A stretch of 64,000 nucleotides of DNA from Eledone cirrhosa (taxonomy: Eukaryota). Below the pieces are notes generated by a model, which was not told where the DNA came from, ran no database searches, and saw nothing but the letters and a program-made list of their open reading frames with translations. The position numbers and the translations under genes are program-made. The DNA is taken from NCBI GenBank assembly GCA_964016885.1, contig OZ024745.1, positions 3,968,001 to 4,032,000 on the forward strand, written 5' to 3'. Of this stretch, positions 62,101 to 64,000 are shown piece by piece. Positions within the stretch are counted from its first letter, which is position 1. Every line of letters begins with the position of its first letter.

Positions 62101-64000
62101 ATGACATCAACACAGTGTAGTTTATAGTGTTATAGCTCTTCTTAATCAGAAAATAGAAAGGTAGATGACATCAACACAGTGTAGTTTATAGTGTTATAGC
62201 TCTTCTTAATCAGAAAATAGAAAGCTAGATGACATCAACACAGTGTAGTTTATAGTGTTATAGCTCTCCTTAATCAGAAGATAGAAAGGTAGATGACATC
62301 AACACAGTGTAGTTTATAGTGTTATATCTCTTCTTAATCAGAAGATAGAAAGGTAGATGACATCAACACAGTGTAGTTTATAGTGTTATAGCTCTTCTTA
62401 ATCAGAAAATAGAAAGCTAGATGACATCAACACAGTGTAGTTTATAGTGTTATAGCTCTCCTTAATCAGAAGATAGAAAGGTAGATGACATCAACACACT
62501 GTAGTTTATAGCTCTTCTTAATCAGAAAATAGAAAGGTAGATGACATCAACACAGTGTAGTTTATAGTGTTATAGCTCTCCTTAATCAGAAGATAGAAAG
62601 GTAGATGACATCAACACAGTGTAGTTTATAGTGTTATACCTCTCCTTAATCAGAGGATAGAAAGGTAGATGACATCAACACAGTGTAGTTTATAGTGTTA
62701 TAGCTCTCCTTAATAAGAAGATAGAAAGGTAGATGACATCAACACAGTGTAGTTTATAGTGTTATAGCTCTTCTTAATCAGAAGTCTGAAAGGTAGATGA
62801 CATCAACACAGTGTAGTTTATAGTGTTATAGCTCTCCTTAATCAGAAGATAGAAAGGTAGATGACATCAACACAGTGTAGTTTATAGTGTTATAGCTCTC
62901 CTTAATCAGAATCTGAAAGGTAGATGACATCAACACAGTGTAGTTTATAGTGTTATAGCTCTTCTTAATCAGAAGATAGAAAGCTAGATGACATCAACAC
63001 AGTGTAGTTTATAGTGTTATAGCTCTCCTTAATCAGAAGATAGAAAGGTAGATGACATCAACACAGTGTAGATTATAGTATTATAGCTCTCGTTAATCAG
63101 AGGATAGAAAGGTAGATGACATCAACACAGTGTAGTTTATAGCGTTATAGCTCTCGTTAATCAAGTGAAAAAAAGGTAGATGACATCAACACAGTGTAGT
63201 TTATAGTGTTATAGCTCTACTTAATCAGAAGATAGAAAGGTAGATGACATAAACACAGTGTAGTTTATAGTGTTATAGCTCTCTTTAATCAGAGGGTAGA
63301 AAGTTAGATGACATCAACACAGTGTAGTTTATAGTGTTATAGCTCTCCTTAATCGGAAGATAGAAAGGTAGATGACATCAACACAGTGTAGTTTATAGTG
63401 TTATAGCTCTCCTTAATCAGAAGACAGAAAGGTAGATGGCATCAACACAGTGTAGTTTATAGTGTTATAGCTCTCCTTAATCAGAAGACAGAAAGGTAGA
63501 TGGCATCAACACAGTGTAGTTTATAGTGTTATAGCTCTCCTTAATAAGAAGATAGAAAGGTAGATGACATCAACACAGTGTAGTTTATAGTGTTGTAGCT
63601 CTCCTTTATCAGAAGATAGAAAGGTAGATGACATAAACGCAGTGTAGTTTATAATGTTATAGCTCTCCTTAATCAGAAGGTAGAAAGGTAGATGACATCA
63701 ACACAGTGTAGTTTATAGTGTTATAGCTCTCCTTAATCAGAAGATAGAAAGTTGGATGACATCAACACAGTGTAGTTTATAGTGTTATAGCTCTCCTTAA
63801 TCAGAAGACAGAAAGGTAGATGGCATCAACACAGTGTAGTTTATAGTGTTATAGCTCTCCTTAATAAGAAGATTGAAAGGTAGATGACATCAACACAGTG
63901 TAGTTTATAGTGTTGTAGCTCTCCTTAATCAGAAGATAGAAAGGTAGATGACATAAACGCAGTGTAGTTTATAATGTTATAGCTCTCCTTAATCAGAAGG
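56194..64000. repeat. 64-bp satellite array, about 122 copies, continuing past the right edge
   Basis: Unit is gctctccttaatcagaagatagaaaggtagatgacatcaacacagtgtagtttatagtgttata, starting at 56194 and 56258. Confidence 0.99.

Overview
This is eukaryotic, AT-rich intronic DNA. The SINE and LINE families resemble those of Octopus or other coleoid cephalopods, but that organism call is an inference. The window lies inside a + strand gene for MICU1, the mitochondrial calcium uniporter gatekeeper. Two coding exons are clear (23224-23389 and 41346-41383), and they join in frame to [26 protein letters not shown]...[23 protein letters not shown]. About three quarters of the window is tandem repeat: a 54-bp array (1-20710), a 61/62-bp array, a G-rich 29/24-bp array of 16 kb, smaller 21-, 45-, 59- and 48-bp arrays, and a 64-bp array (56194 to the end). 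The rest holds tRNA-derived SINEs and RTE-clade LINE fragments. The strongest signal is a cluster of candidate microexons of 12, 18, 21 and 10 nt with near-consensus splice sites. They lie in the intron after ...RKFDPK, which appears equivalent to the site of the 4-aa microexon of vertebrate MICU1.1. Two nearby arrays resemble splice signals: 37 tandem GTAAGT donors, and a 64-bp unit that looks like an acceptor-microexon-donor cassette. Several satellites visibly derive from SINE ends. The giant ORFs in the ORF track are repeat artefacts.
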